DNA from: an uncultured virus (IMG/VR IMGVR_UViG_2061766007_000688)
Lineage: Duplodnaviria > Heunggongvirae > Uroviricota > Caudoviricetes
Virus record (IMG/VR): IMGVR_UViG_2061766007_000688
Length of the DNA stretch: 20,000 nucleotides
Reading direction: 5' to 3' (one strand)
Program-made: the position numbers and the translations under genes
Part shown: positions 19,352 through 20,000 of the stretch, one piece after another
Numbering within the stretch: the stretch's first letter is position 1
How the letters are laid out: every line of letters starts with the position of its first letter
The notes under the pieces: generated by a model
The model's database searches: none
The model's input: the letters and a program-made list of their open reading frames with translations, nothing else
What the model was told of the DNA's origin: nothing

Positions 19352-20000
19352 AATTTGTCCCTCACTTTCTGTGATGTGCTGTTGTTTGTTTACATTATTA
19401 TAATACTATATAGAAGATATTGGTAAAATACGGACTTTCTTTCCTCTTTCCCGCCCCGCCTTCCATTCCCTCCACTCCTGCCTCGCCTGCTGCCCGGGAG
19501 GGCACGGATGGTCAGGAGGGATAGGATGGTCAGGCATCCCAGNNNNNNNNNNNNNNNNNNNNNNNNGTGGGCACATACGGCACCTTGCGATCCTGCCAAA
19601 CCAGCCCTACATTCCCTCGCAAGCAGGCAGCAGGAGACGATGGCCACAGGCCTTATGGGCCAAATGCAGTGGCGGTGTGCTTTGGTGCATTCTGAGATTA
19701 ACATATTACATCCTCTACATTATAAATATATAATGGCCAGATCGGTCAAATGGGACTCCTGTAAGTAAATTTTCGGTGTTTGGAAAGGGGCTAAAATCGC
19801 ATTTTATCCGTCCTGTCCGCACCGACTTTTTCCCGCAACTCGCTGGAAAGCAGGGAGGCCGTGATTTTTTGGCCATGCTCCTGGGGAATTGGCGGGACTT
19901 AGGGGTTGTGGGGAAAGGTGGAAGGAAATTTCCCTCTAAATGGAGGGTTGGTGGGTCATTTTTTACTGAAAGTAAGGATACTTTCTTCTAAAAGTAGGAA

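Larger units (their letters stand above)
18788..19764. repeat. Three copies of a degenerate ~48-bp motif
   Basis: TTATA(T/A)..AATGGCCA..GG..AATGG.(A/G)ACTCCT at about 18788-18837, 18939-18984 and 19718-19764. Confidence 0.7.

Noticed and set aside
16989..20000. ORF-track calls 16989-17333, 18145-18345, 18373-18642, 18605-18823, 18790-19218, 19390-19704, 19508-19768 and 19776-19991
   Set aside because: No convincing SD, they overlap repeats or regulatory motifs, and their composition is implausible; treated as non-coding.

Overview
The window is a minus-strand packaging, head and tail module of a Firmicutes/Clostridia-type siphophage with A118/SPP1-like gene order. Read from right to left: two hypothetical genes, terS, PBSX-type terL, portal, GP20-like scaffold, major capsid, four head-tail connector genes, tail tube, two tail chaperones, a ~4.5 kb tape measure gene, a distal tail gene and a tail/baseplate gene that runs off the left edge. 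About 20 short N gaps break reading frames, so many ORF-track fragments are pieces of single genes. terL is split inside its Walker B motif by an 845-nt group I intron (14402-15246). The intron's splice sites and core helices can be read from the sequence, and it carries a NUMOD4-HNH homing endonuclease with its own perfect TTGACA-17-TATAAT promoter. Upstream of the late module (17200-20000) is a gene-poor region that is the most unusual part. It holds a perfect Firmicutes parS palindrome with variant and half sites, four LexA (SOS)-box matches, and a ~1.25 kb island dense in ACGT although the rest of the window almost lacks it. It also holds a gene with a histone-like basic tail, a small acidic gene and two families of degenerate repeats. 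All calls come from reading the sequence only; no database searches were run.
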